DNA of 64,000 nucleotides from Takakia lepidozioides (GCA_030704615.1 CM060733.1:13516001-13580000); one strand, 5' to 3'. Shown: positions 1-12,540, counted from the first letter of the stretch. Notes: a model not told the origin generated them from the sequence alone. A program made the numbers and translations.

Positions 1-639
1 TTGTCTTCGTCTGACACGCTGGAATCTGAAACATCCACTATGGGATTGATTGTGGGTTCAGTGGTGGATCACGCCCTCCATGTTGATTCCCAGCGGTGCT
101 ATGTTGGCCTTCGGTTGGACCTTTCCCTTTTCTTTGAAGCGTTAAGTGACGAAACTGCCTCTACCTTCTGTTTGCATACCACTTTTGGTCGTGGGAGTTG
201 AAGTCAAGAACGCGTACTTGAAGAGCCTAGTGACATGATGATTAACCGTGTCAGACAAAAGATACAAGCTAGAGACAGTGGAAAAATATTAAACATCCTA
301 CGCAGGAATTATAAAATGACTTCGGACCTTGTTTCAAAGTCATCAACTAACAAAAATGAGATAAGTGAAAGAGAGCAAATATATAAAAATAAAGTGAAGA
401 GATATAAAAAACTGTAACTCAGAATATATTTATAATGATACTAGCACTTACATGGAGATGACAAGAAAGTGCAGGTCCTCCAAAAATATTGACCGCCGCC
501 ATTCCTGCCGTGCAAAACGAAGAGGCGATGTACGCATAGGCAGAGCTGCGAAGCTCATGAGTGTAGGACTTCAAATTCAGCTCGCGGTCTGTAAATTTCA
601 TTTGTACCCCCAAGACAATCTGAATTGGTTTGACTCTCA

Positions 640-3041
640 GACATCTGTCAATGTGCTCCTCTGGATGCACAAACTCTGTAGATGAGACCGGAAACACATA
701 GTCCAGACAAAGATATGGTTCCGACAATCCAAACTTGCAGAACTTGTATTCAGTCTCCATCGCCCCAGGAAAATAGAGACCTTCAACACAAATAAATCTT
801 TTGGCACCCTCTCCAGTTTTTGAGATGAGCTGAAGATGCAGGACTTGACATGAAAACAAAGGCAGTGCAATAAACTTCATGAATCGGAATGCTTGAGGAT
901 TGTTGAGTAATCCGAGGGGGACCAAATTATCGAATCATCTTCTGGGAGAGTATTCACGAACACAAGACTGATGTTTGCAAACTCTTCCTTCGGGATATAG
1001 GAGAGTTTCGACTTGATATCATCTGCTTTTGCTCCAATGCCAACATGCCTATAGACCTTTTTGAAGTCAGATCTCATTGATTTTGCTTTCCCATCGTTCT
1101 CCTCAACACTTTTTTTCAGTGCAAGAAGCTCAGTGATGAATGCTGCAGGAATGGATGGCCGCTCTTTGTTCATGTTTGCCTTGTCGGCAAGCGATCCCAG
1201 TGCCTTGCATAATGACCCAAACTGGACTTTGTCAATCTGTATTTCTTCTTGACCTCAAGCCATTTTTCTCTTTTATAGGGATTTGTATTGTCCTTTGTCC
1301 GCAATGGAAAACCAAAAACATGCATGATGTTGTCAATTATAAACCTCTTTTTCTTCATGTGCTCAATATAATTGGTCATGCTCTGAATAGACTTGTCTTG
1401 GCCCTTATATGGGTGGCGAACAGTCAGCTTGCAACTGAGAAGCTTTTCCGCGATTTTCCCCAGTTGCCGCCCAGATAGCCCCTGAATAGTCCTTAGCTGA
1501 GACCTAGTCATTGGAACCTGTACACCTTTGCAAGGCTTCCAATTGTTATCGATAAGGCGTCCATCCTCCCATTTTTGGAATACCATTTTCCACTTCTCCC
1601 ACACTTCTTCCTCTGATAAAATGAGGACCATGGCCTCCTTCACAGAAATCTGCTCCATGATAACATGGACAACTTGCATAAAATCCTGCGAGATGAACCA
1701 TATTGTAAGGACACATCTCTACCATGTTCGATGAGCATTTGAAACTGAACCATTTGAAGCAAATATTGAAGCATTTGAAAAAACATAAGGTCAATGTTTT
1801 GCTTCTTACCACCCATTGAGCGCTTTCCGAGTGGCAGTGGGAATCGTTATATTTTTTTGGGTTTGTTTTGTAGCTCGTAAAATAATCTGCAATGTGCCAC
1901 CTTCTCTGGAAATGTGATATCAAATTCATGTGCCTTGTTCGGATCGTTTAGGAGTTTGGATATCTTCACTAGCCTCAGGACGTCATTTGACCAAATGATC
2001 TTGGCCGGCCAAGTACTGTAGTATGTCTTCAACTCATCATTGTCAACCTCATGAATAAGCTCCTGTAACCAACTCTAGAATGTTAGATCATGGACTTCGA
2101 AACAGAGGCCGAAGTGGGTGACTCAAAGACTTTGGAGGGGGAGGGTAACCGTACCTTGGCAGCAATTATGGTGTGTTGCCCACCAATCACAAAGAATTTT
2201 GCATTCTTCACCTCGTCCCAAGACTGTGGTTTGTTGGCCCAAACTTGACTGTCATTAGTGGCATGTATTGGGGTAATGTAGACGGGATGCTTGGAATCGA
2301 GGACTCGGAGCTGGAACAATCTAGCCTTTACTTCATCCTTGTGCTTAAAATTTAGTGGCCGATAAACCATTTGCCTGGTGCTTGCTCCATGCAATATGGG
2401 AATATCATGGATTTCGTCAGACCCAAATGGAAACAAATCCCGTAAAATTTGTTGAGCTCTTTTTCCATTTGCTCACATTTGTTTTAGTTGAAAATTTCAC
2501 CAGGTTTTGTCTTCTTGTCGGTTGCAAATACAGGGTCGAGTGGGGCTCTGGACTTCCTCTTTGACTTTGATGGTGTTTTTCATCATCGTCTTCAATGGAT
2601 GCTTCAGTGGTCGACTTTTTTTTTCGAGTGGTTTTTTTTTCCTTTTGAGTTGGTTCGGGCTCCTGCTCATCTCTTTTCTTCTCATTCTCTTTTCCTAGAA
2701 TAAAGAGGCGTCCCTGAAATCTGGACCACTCCAAAGTGAAAGTAGACTCACTCGGAACTGTTCCATCGCGTGGGAACTTAAACCCAGATTCCAACAACCC
2801 AGCCATGAGGCCTTTGTCCACATTTGTCGTCTTTGACGCATACCCAATGGTCCGTCCTTTCTGGTCCTCCTCTTGAAGAAATACCACCACATACGGATTA
2901 TCAACATCAGGCTGGATCTCCACACCCAAAACATGTGCGCATTCCATCTCCAAAGCCCCAGGCTCATCTTGTTCCGTATACATGAATCGAAAAACATGGG
3001 CCGAAGGATTTCCTCGCATATTAATTCCCCAAGAGGACACT
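640..3041 (-). pseudogene. Frameshifted gene for a protein with a ParB/Srx-like N-terminal domain (transposon accessory gene)
   Basis: Successive minus-strand ORFs 2417-3040, 2083-2436, 1847-2032, 1170-1679 and 877-1173 are linked by frameshifts and a GT-AG intron at ~2063-2154. The motif FFVIGGQHTIIAAK resembles the ParB/DndB-type (D/G)G(Q/N)H(R/T)xxA signature. Confidence 0.5.
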
Positions 3042-3466
3042 CTGTCTGATAGATAGAATATTGAGTTATGCTCGGTTTGATATTATGGAGACTGTTCAGA
3101 AATAAACTCCCCAGCGATGTCATAAGTCATGATGGGTTTGCATGCATCCGGACATTTCTTCCTGCAAAATATCAAATAATTCTTTAAGCCACCAAGATTG
3201 AACTGAAGGACTTCGAAACAGGGTCCGAAGTTGTTTCCATGTATTACAAATGGTGGGTACGAAAGTCCAACTAATGAAAGAAGAATGAAACACCGTAATA
3301 GACACAGGAGTTAGTGGAGATCAAAATTGTTATTTTGTGACATATGGAACATTTAATTCGATAATAGCATCACATACTACATTGACATGTTGAGTAAACC
3401 CTCTGCAAATGTGAAAAGGTCTTTATCACTAATGATGTACACTGGATGATGGCAACTATGAGTATG

Positions 3467-4176
3467 GACTTCGTAACAGGGTCCGAAGTCCACCTCGTCA
3501 GAGATCTAACAGTAAAAATGTTAAGTTTAAAGTTATTGCGGATATATATGGATGATCTCCAAGTCCCTGTAAATATAAAAAATACAAATACTTAACATGA
3601 ATAAGAACGAGGATTCAATAGATGTATCATATGGTGGGGACTTCGTAACAGGGTCCGAAGTCCACCTCATCAGAGATCTAACAGTAAAAATGTTAAGTTT
3701 GAAGTTATTGCGGATATATATGGATGATCTCCAAGTCCTTGTATATATAAAAAATACAAATACTTAACATGAATAAGAACGAGGATTCAATATATGTATC
3801 ATATGGTGGGGACTTCGTAACAGGGTCCGAAGTCCACCTCGTCAGAGATCTAACAGTAAAAATGTTAAGTTTAGTTATTGCGGATATATATGGATGATCT
3901 CCAAGTCCCTGTAAATATAAAAAATACAAATACTTAACATGAATAAGAACGAGGATTCAGTAGATGTATCATCTGGTGGGGACTTCGTAACAGGGTCCGA
4001 AGTCTACCTCGTCAGAGATCTAACAGTAAAAATGTTAAGTTTAAAGTTATTGCGGATATATATGGATGATCTCCAAGTCCCTGTAAATATAAAAAATACA
4101 AATATTTAACATGAATAAGAACGAGGATTCAGTAGATGTATCATCTGGTGGGGACTTCATAACAGATTCCGAAGAG
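3467..4176. repeat. Tandem array, ~172-bp unit, 4 full copies plus a partial fifth
   Basis: Units start at 3467, 3639, 3811, 3981 and 4153. The first four begin with GACTTCGTAACAGGGTCCGAAGTC; the fifth is degenerate. Confidence 0.95.
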
Positions 4177-4359
4177 AAAGAGGATTGAGAGAGGGAGAGA
4201 GAGAGATAGCACGAACCTAAGCTGAAAATCGTTAAAAAAAATTATAAACAGAGAATTTCTCACCTACTGGAGCTACTGAAGCCCGTCATGCTTGCGGGCT
4301 GGTCCCCGCTCCTCCCTACTCGCAGCTATGTCTGCTGGGGTTCCTGAAACCAAACTTAC

Positions 4360-4840
4360 CCTCCCAAGTATGTTGTAAACACCTAGTCCAAGAAATACCA
4401 AATCGTCATAGCCAAATCGTGACATCTACAGGAAGAGTCATAGCCCGCAGCTGCTTTGACGTTGATGGCTACGGCTGCTGGCCATGGGCTGCTGCTCTTC
4501 TAAGACCAAGTTGAAACTCTCAATACCTTGTAAACAGCAAGGAAAAACCACATCGTGATACCTACATGAAGAGCCAAAAGCCGCAACTTGCTTCCTCCGG
4601 CAAGCTGCTGGCTGCAACTGCTGGTCTAATCTCCTAATACCAACTTGACCCTAACTTAGAAGCTTGACACCGCTCCCAAGTACCTTGTAAACGCCAAGCT
4701 CGTGAAACACCAAGCACGCCAAGCACGCCAAATGACACGGTCCAGCCAACTTATTAATCGTTCGAAACAAGAAGAGTCATTTCTAACCCGCCGCTAGCTT
4801 GCATCGTTGTTCGCAGGCTGGTTGCAGCTCGTTTCTAGAA
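4360..4840. repeat. Degenerate ~155-bp tandem repeat (3 copies)
   Basis: A (C)AAGTACCTTGTAAAC-like core recurs at ~4366, ~4522 and ~4677, each followed by GCTGCTGGC-like tracts. Confidence 0.55.
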
Positions 4841-5779
4841 CATAATGAACACTCAAACTAACACTAACGATCACTAACAAATAAATTTCATCTGGATCAT
4901 GACCTGAAACAAAATTTCTCTCTAACGCTAATTCTCCACCCTACAAATCTCTCTAACACTAATACTCCAGACTTGCCTTGCAAATCTAAGGTACTCTCCT
5001 TGCTCACAAAGATTCTACGCTCACATTTCGCTCGCTCTACGCTGACACTGTCTCCCTCACACAGCCCGATCGAGCAGCCTGGCTGAAAAAAAAACCAAAA
5101 AGAGAGAGAGAGAGCTCTCTCTTTCACGATATAGACTTGGCAAATGGCTCCTCTTCCTCACCGTTGGATCTGAGTCAGATCCGACGGTTGTGGCGTTTTT
5201 TCTTGGATGGAAAAAATGGATGTAGGGTGGATAGTCCATCCATCCAAATCCATAACTAGCTACTTTGGGGGCCCTGCAAAATCCATTATGGCGGGTAAGC
5301 GGCGCCTCCAAAAACACATTATGGGTCCATTAATGTGAGGATAAAGTGCAAATCTTGTCCCCCCAGTGGTTTGGGGCTCAATTCCTTGGCATGCACTCAA
5401 TGGAATTTCAACGGTCGGGATCGTGCAGATTAAGAGGATAAAAGTTGGACCTCCACACATCCGCGGATTTTGATTGGGCCGGCAGAATTCATCCATCATG
5501 ACCAATATTTCATCCAGGTTATGATGAAGTAATCACCATTTTCACCTTGATTAGTTTGAATTCGATCCCCATTAGGCTAGATAAATTTGATAAAATGTGG
5601 TATATGCATGAAGATCATATTCTCAAATTCATTTTATTTTCTTCTTTGAAAACAAAAAGATGAAGTGGCAGCTCAAAATTGAGGTTCTTTACAAGGGGCG
5701 GGGGAAGTAGGGGAGGGGATAAAATTGACCCTTAGTGACCGATCAGGATTTGAGCCTCAGACAATTGGCGTGATGTGCA

Positions 5780-6135
5780 CCATATACTGAATTGTGTCAC
5801 TTACCATTATGGCGGGCCCCCACGAGTAGTTATGGCGGACAAGGGGGTGCGTGGCGGGCTGAAGGGCATGTGGGGTCTTTCTAAATGACTGTGCACACAT
5901 GGTAGCCTCATAATGGCCCAAATATGGATTCATATCTGTTTTGTTGTGTAGGCCACATCGACACTTCATGATTTGAGCCTCATGATGTGCACAATATATT
6001 GAGTCATTTACCATTATGGCAGGCCCCCACGAGTAATTATGATGGACAAGGGCATGACTGCGCACATGTGGTAGCCTCATGTGGCCAAAATCCACATGCG
6101 CACATGTCGTAGTCTCATAATGGCCAAAATCCACT
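5780..6135. repeat. Short degenerate direct repeats (subterminal-like)
   Basis: CCATTATGGC(G/A)GGCCCCCACGAGTA at ~5804 and ~6011, with the core also at ~5283. GCACA(T)GTGGTAGCCTCA..TGGCC recurs three times. Confidence 0.6.
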
Positions 6136-6429
6136 TTGCTTTGCATATGTAGGCTCTTTCATAATGTGCTCAAGATTGATCGAGCTAGAGGGGAGGTTGC
6201 AAACTCTCATATGTTTGCAACCGTGCGATTGTTTCTAAGTTAAATGATTAAATATGATTAGCTATATTTGTTTTTAAACATTATTTATTGATTAATTTAA
6301 TTTAATTCAATTTTGTCGTATATCAAGTTTGGTCCGGATTTAAGCGAAAAGTCCGGATTTAATTAAAATGGTGTTCTTCCCCCTCTTGACAAAAGGACCA
6401 GATTCCGTTTCATTCATTCCAGGCCATCA

Positions 6430-9400
6430 TTTGAGACTCTACCCCTTAGCCTGCCATCATCACAAAATGCAAGTTAGTCTTTCTTCATGGAACCTAAGGG
6501 GTCCAGGTTCGGACAAGTCAATGGCTCACAAGAAAATAAAGCTATCCACCTAGCTCGCACCCCTAGTATCCTCATAGGCTATTGTTTTCTTACATGAACA
6601 TAAGTTATGTGCAAGGAAAATTCTAAGACTAACATATCAGCTCTGGCTGAAAACAGCGGCCCTCTGGAAACCCTCCAGTGACGGTACCAAAGGAGGAACT
6701 GCTATCCTTCCATCCCCTTCCTTATCGCAATTCCTTCTCAAAGACAAGATTTGGGAGCCTGGAAGAGTTCAATTCTGCTCCCTTCTTTTCCCCAATGATT
6801 ATGAACCTATAGGATTCATTAACACTATGCCCCTAACTCTGTCTCCGACAGAACTACTCTCTGGTACAAACTCAATGACAAAATGGCCGCAGAACCCACG
6901 GTCCACAAATGGGTTATGGCGGGTGACTTCAATATGGTGGAAAACATTCAAGACAGAAAAGGTCAGAGTCAACAGGGTTCCCAAATCTCCCACCAGCTCT
7001 CTGTGGAAGAAGACCTGGCGTGGCAAAGCCTTACTCAAAATCATAGCCTCTCTGAAATTGACCGTCCCCCGAAACCAGCCTCCTCCTCAAGCCCGTTCTT
7101 TACCTGGACAAACAATAGAGCTCTTCAGGACCTCTGTATGGCTAGGCTCGACCGATTCCACATCTCCCTAGCTAGCACTTAACCGGGAGCCAATCCACTT
7201 AGGTTTCGACCACGCTTTGATCTCGGCTACCCTTAAGCTGCCTAACTCCCACTCTAGAGGGCGAGGCATCTGCAAGCTTAACTCCTCTCACCTTCGTATT
7301 CCCTTCTTCCTTGAAACTCTTAAAACGTCTGGACTTCATCTGGGAACCACCTCCTATGTCCCATCCTCAAGTTTCAAAGCTAGCCAAGCTGGCAGCTACC
7401 AGTAAAACTTGTCAAAACCTGAGTAGACAGATCACGGCCTCTCAGAAGAGGAAGGCGCTTGCCCTTAAAAAATGTTTGAGTGTCTGTCAAAAGAAACTAG
7501 AGTCCAACTCCTGTGATAGCCATACCTATCAGACATACCTTCAAGCTCGTGGCAACCTTGATAGCTACCATCTCCTCCAGGAAACTAAAATCAAACTGCA
7601 AGGAGGAATCAATTGGTCAACCAAGGGAGAAAAGATGTCAAAGTATTTTTTTCCACAAGATGAAAGACGAGCCACCCAAACCATAGCTGAACTGTACAAT
7701 CCTATGGGTGTGAAAACACCCAACCCTAAGGAGATGACTGCCTCAGCCTTTTCACACTTCTCAGCCTTGTTTCAAGAGGACTTCAAAGACCCTTCCTACC
7801 AACTCCGTCTTGCTCAGTGCCTCCACTCTTTCCCTCAAAAGCTCAAGCCCGCCGACAGCACCCCGCTCACGGAGGACATTACATCGGAAGAGTTGAAAGC
7901 TGCTCTCAAACTCATGAGCAGCAACAAATCGCCAGGGATCGATGGTATGCCAGTTGAATTCTACAAAGCCTTCTGGCCCACCATGTCCAATGACTTGTGA
8001 CATCGCCAACCGCATTAAACCCTCGGATTGCATGCCTGCCAATATGACCCAGGGGATAATCACACTACTCTTTAAGAAAGGAGATTGGTCCAGCATAGGA
8101 AATTGTAGACCCATCACCCTTCTAAATGTGCCAAAACACTGGCCCTACAAACATCACCGCATCCTTATTGACCCCCAAGAGGCCGGCTAGCCTTTCGAGC
8201 CACGCGAAGCACAACCAGACAGATCCAATATATCATATCCGCACTTGAAGACGCTAAATTTACAAAACAAGACATATACCTTCTATACATTGACCTCAAA
8301 AATGCATTCGGATTCCTAGACCATCCTCGCTTACTCACCATCATGTTAGATCTGGGGTACCCTACTGATGCTGTTCAACTTATTGGCAATATATATATGA
8401 ATAGTTTTACCGAATATTTTGCGAAACTATGGTTTTACCCCTCCTATTCCCATCTTGCGAGGTACTATCCAAGGTGACACCTTAAGTCCATACCTATTCA
8501 TCATATTTTTAGAGCCCTTGCTCCCTAACATGATCAGAACATGGCAAGCATGATTCATTAAAGGGAGATATAAACTTGATAACGTCCTTCTCGCATAAGA
8601 AGCGGACCTCTATGCCGCAAACTCAAATCAAGCCCTAGCTCTCTGGCTTCTGGACTTCGAAAAGGCCTTTGACAGAGTGGACTCCGGCCCTTCCTACTGG
8701 CAGTGCTACGAAAAGCAGGTCTACCTGAGGGGTTTTGTCAATGGGTTTCCATCCTTCTAAATCAACCATAGGCATAGTGCCTACATGGGGGGGGGGGGGC
8801 ATCTAGGTCTGGTCTGGTTGAAAGACGGTGAAATCACCACTCTACTGGGCCACATCTTTGGCACCAACCTCACTGAAGACCAGCGTTTTGGCCCAATAGT
8901 CCTGAGACTCAAGAGGCAGCTCATATACTGGGGCTCTCGCTGGCTCTCAATCACCGGTAGGGCTCTAGTAGCCAACCAGATCCTAGAAGCAGGAATTTGG
9001 TTCTTTGCAGCTGTTTGGGGGCCCAATTCAAAGACCCTACTTGAAGTGAAAAGAATTTTCCAGAACTTCATTTGGGGAGCGAATTCCTCTGAGCAAAATA
9101 TAAGGCCCCAAGTGTCATGGCATCAGATCACTCTTCCCATGAAACAAGGGGGCCTAGGGGTTCTAGATCTTGAAACCCAAATCAAAGCATTGCTTGGCAA
9201 ATGGCTCCCAAGGTATATAGGGCTAGAGGGTGGCTGGTGGAAACTCATGCTAATTAGCGCTTCCATCTCCATCTCCTCCCCCATGCACGGCACGGTCTGG
9301 TCTCCATCACCGCGTTCGATAATGCTAGGCTTTAACCATAAAGTCATGGGTTCACCTCTCTGGACTTCAATCTGGAGGGCTTGGAACTGTTTCAGGCCCT

Positions 9401-11194
9401 TCCTTAGAAAACATGAGCCACCTTGTTTTTACGAGGTACTAAGACAACACCTTTTCCTGAACTCAGGCAACCCCTCCCGGGAAGAAAAAGAACAGGCCAA
9501 AAGATGGGCTGGTTGGGACTCGAGAGGATTCTCCATTGTCAAAAATCTCTAGGAAAGTAACCATCAGTCTCTCCTGCAAGCCCTAGGACCTCGTCGTCTT
9601 TATTCTTGCATCTCCGAGGTCATTCAATCCATCCCAGACTCCTGGAAGCTCATTCTTAGAGATGGTCCGGCTCCTCTGGCTCCCCACAGATGGGTTCTCT
9701 CCAACACAACAACCCTCCATGTCCTCTATCTCTGCAGATAATATCCCACCTTGTTGCCTCAGTCCAACCAGCCCGAATATGCCTATGGTCAGACCCTTCT
9801 AGACCATTCAATCCATTGGCTCCGGTGGGTTCTCCCATCATCCCATGGCTGAAGCTAAGCTCATTCGCTCTTATAGGTGGGACAGACATCTCCTCCCTTC
9901 AGCCTGACCCCAACGGAATGGAAATGGTTCTTTAAAGATGAACTACACCCCATCTTTGCATTTACAGCCAAGAGAGCTTATAGAGCCTTGTTGGGGGCAG
10001 CACCTCTATATGCCAAATGGAATCTAAAATGGGGGCATGAGAATTTTGCAGACGAGAATTGGAAGTGTATATGGACCTTGGTATGGGAAAAATCAAAGCC
10101 AGCCAAGATCAGTGCTTTCCTATGGCAGATTGCCAACCGTGTGTCCTTAAAGTTGGTCAGTACCTTAACTTTGCAGAGGCTCTTCTATGCCAATGCTGCT
10201 CAATAGGATGGCATCGAATCCTTGGAGCATTGCCTCATCTACTGCAAGGCTCCCTCTAAAATCTGGCCACTAGTAAGGTCGACCTTCTACAGGACTTGGG
10301 ACCTCATGCCGGTCTCCTCGGTTCAGATCTTGCTCAACTATGACCAATCCCAAAAATCGCAGGCTTATTCTTGCCCGGTCTTTGAAGCCCTTAGAAGCTC
10401 CTCTTGTGGGCATCTATGGAAATGTCGTTGTGCATGGGCCCTCAACTGTGAAAACTCATCTCCTGCTGCCCTTTTCACCTTAATCTTCTTTGACCTCACC
10501 ATTGCGGCTAAGAAAGCATGGGGTTGCATTGTGTACAGAGGCTGTCAGGAAGCTGCAACGTTAGCCAGCACTCATCCAGGCCTTCCGAGCAACTTGAGGG
10601 AAGCATGGGTCATTTGTAGTTGCGCTTATGATCTCACCTGTGTATGGGCAGACTCAATTCCAATCTCCTGGCAGGGACTCCGATCCAACCTCTTCAGCAT
10701 CCCCTGAGTTCGACAGATCCAATGTGAATTGGAAGCACATCAAGCCCTTTGCATCGGCCAGGCTCAGTTTCTTCAGATAGTCTGCTGCTGCTTGGTGCTA
10801 TTCTGGGACTTAATGTGCCCACCGCTTAAGCTCTGTCTAGGTCATCTTCTCGTTTCCTGCTTCGCCAGTCTCTTGGCAACCCTTCTCCTATTCTTCAGGT
10901 CCACATTGCATGAGTCTCTGCGTTATGGTTAATCGACCAGGTTAATTTTCCGTTGCAGGCCAGAGGTCTGGTAGGAATGCTCTTGCTGTTTGTAAGAGGT
11001 TATTTTCCAAGGATATGTTCATTCTGTTTATTGATCAAGGATTATCCAGCACGGCCCACCGTGAGTCAAGCCTTATGGTAGCCTTCGGGCATTCAAAGGG
11101 TTTAGTTTTTTCCCTTTAAATAATCATTTCAATGAAATTATCAGGGCCACCGTCCCTGTTCTATTTTTTATTTTTTTTTAAAACAAAAAAAAAA
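6430..11194 (+). mobile_element. L1-clade LINE, 5'-truncated, degenerate, with chimeric RT (copy A)
   Basis: APE motifs (SWNLRG, WVMAGDFNMVE, FTWTN, ARLDRF), KSPGIDGMPVEFYK, RPITLLN, DFEKAFDRVD, GGLGVLD and a C-terminal EHCLIYC zinc-binding region. A-rich tail at ~11180-11194. Many stops and frameshifts. Confidence 0.92.
8151..8523 (+). mobile_element. RT segment from a different LINE family (Dualen/RandI-like) embedded in the L1 RT; second copy at ~12722-13090
   Basis: Reads ...QEG.FRATRSTTRQIQYIISALEDAK...YIDLKNAF...RGTIQGDTLSPYLFIIFLEPLL. It precedes and duplicates the L1's own Q.GFIKGR...DFEKAF motifs. Confidence 0.75.
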
Positions 11195-11435
11195 CCTCTG
11201 CTTATTCTTGTTGGCTTTTTGGTAAAGGCCCGCAAGACTTGTCTGTGGCTAGTGGTGGCTCTTGCTGGCATGGCATCTATGTAAGGAACGAAGTGGTGGT
11301 GGACAACAACCACATTTTAGTGTTTTGTTCGGGTCCTTAGTCTGGAGACTGGAACCGACCATATTCACGTTAACTTCGGTTGACGTCTTTTATATATGGG
11401 CAAATACCACCTTGGAAGCGGTTGAGAGTTCAATC

Positions 11436-12363
11436 CAGTGTTGTGCGGGTCCGGGTTTTGAAGGCGGGTACCCGGCGGGTTAGGATCCGGGTTACCCGCA
11501 CCCGCACTCGGACCCGTGCTATCACAAAAAACCCGGACCCTAACCCGGTTTCATTTCTAAAATGAACCCGGAACCGGACCCGCCTGCTGGGTCCAGAACC
11601 GTTAAACCCGCTACCCGTGGGCCAATGTAGCGGGTCAGGGTCCGGGTCTTAAATTTAGATGGGGCATACGGGGTCCACCTTAGATCTGGTAGGTTTTGTC
11701 ATATGTGTGGAGGGGACGAGCAACAATAGGCCCCAGCAGCCAGCCCCACCACGTTGTAGCCCAGTGGTAATGCCCACATACCACCTCAAAAGCTGTTGTG
11801 GGTTCAATCCCCGGAGTGGTGTCACAAAGTTGTGCCCTTGGGACCATAATTTACACCTCCCAAAGGAGACATCATATATTATTTTTATGCCAGATCCCAC
11901 ACATCCATGCTATAGTGATCTACCCTTGAGGCATATTACTATTCTTAACATGTTTAAAGAATTGATATTGAAAAATAGAAAATGGAACTCAAACTTAATT
12001 TAATTCTTATTCATGGAATACATATTCATATTCATGGTATATTTTGAAGGAATGTCTCTTAAAATAAAATTCATTATTAGGATTTAAAGTTTTGTCCAGC
12101 CAAAAATAAATTTATCCCTAATTAATCTTAATTTTTCTAATTTATTTAATCAATAAATTAGGACCCGGATCCGAACCCGTGAACCCGCTAATATTTCCCA
12201 ACAACTACCCGGACCCTAACCCGAGTCCGTGTTGACAAACCCGGACCCGGACCCGGATTTTCCAAATTTCAAAAACCCGGATCCGGACCCGGACTTGGCT
12301 CTGAAAAAAAACCGCACCCGGACCCGGTGGGTTCCTTAAAAAGGCAGAACCCGCACAACACTT
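11436..12363. mobile_element. Non-autonomous hAT-type element (MITE)
   Basis: TIRs CAGTGTTGTGCGGG / CCCGCACAACACTT. 8-bp TSD GTTCAATC (11428-11435) / GTTCAATT (12364-12371). Many ACCCG/CGGGT subterminal motifs. The empty site is visible in the duplicate at 15752-15759. Confidence 0.93.
11746..11870 (+). mobile_element. tRNA-derived SINE-like head (Pol III A and B boxes) inside the MITE
   Basis: A-box TAGCCCAGTGG at 11757-11767 and B-box GGTTCAATCCC at 11801-11811. Flanking ACCAC/GTGGT can pair like an acceptor stem; the anticodon arm is not canonical. Confidence 0.55.
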
Positions 12364-12540
12364 GTTCAATTCACCTATTGGTGTCCCAAAGGTGTCTTGT
12401 GTCCACCTTCCCACCGGAAGGCAGCCACTAGCCCTTGGGGTCAAGAGACACCAAAACTCAATGCTCATATATATATATATATATATATACAGAATCTGTT
12501 TGGAATCTGATTTACAATCTTCTGCGGTAAGTTCCAAAAC

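Larger units (their letters stand above)
1..5365 (-). mobile_element. Degenerate DNA-transposon-like element (possibly Mutator-like); left end outside the window, right end unresolved (5.36-6.38 kb)
   Basis: Decayed spliced gene, internal tandem arrays and a dispersed palindromic motif. The hairpin ACCGTTGGATCT-GAGTC-AGATCCGACGGT at ~5160-5188 is of a kind common in plant MULE termini. No transposase seen and no TSD testable. Confidence 0.4.

Noticed and set aside
3467-4176. CRISPR array (palindromic repeat with regular spacing)
   Set aside because: Intervening sequences are near-identical and ~148 bp, no cas genes, eukaryotic context.
5730-5737. TAGTG as a CACTA terminus of the left element
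   Set aside because: A 5-bp match with no partner end or TSD in the window.
11746-11822. Functional tRNA gene
   Set aside because: No proper anticodon arm and an imperfect acceptor stem; treated as SINE-like.
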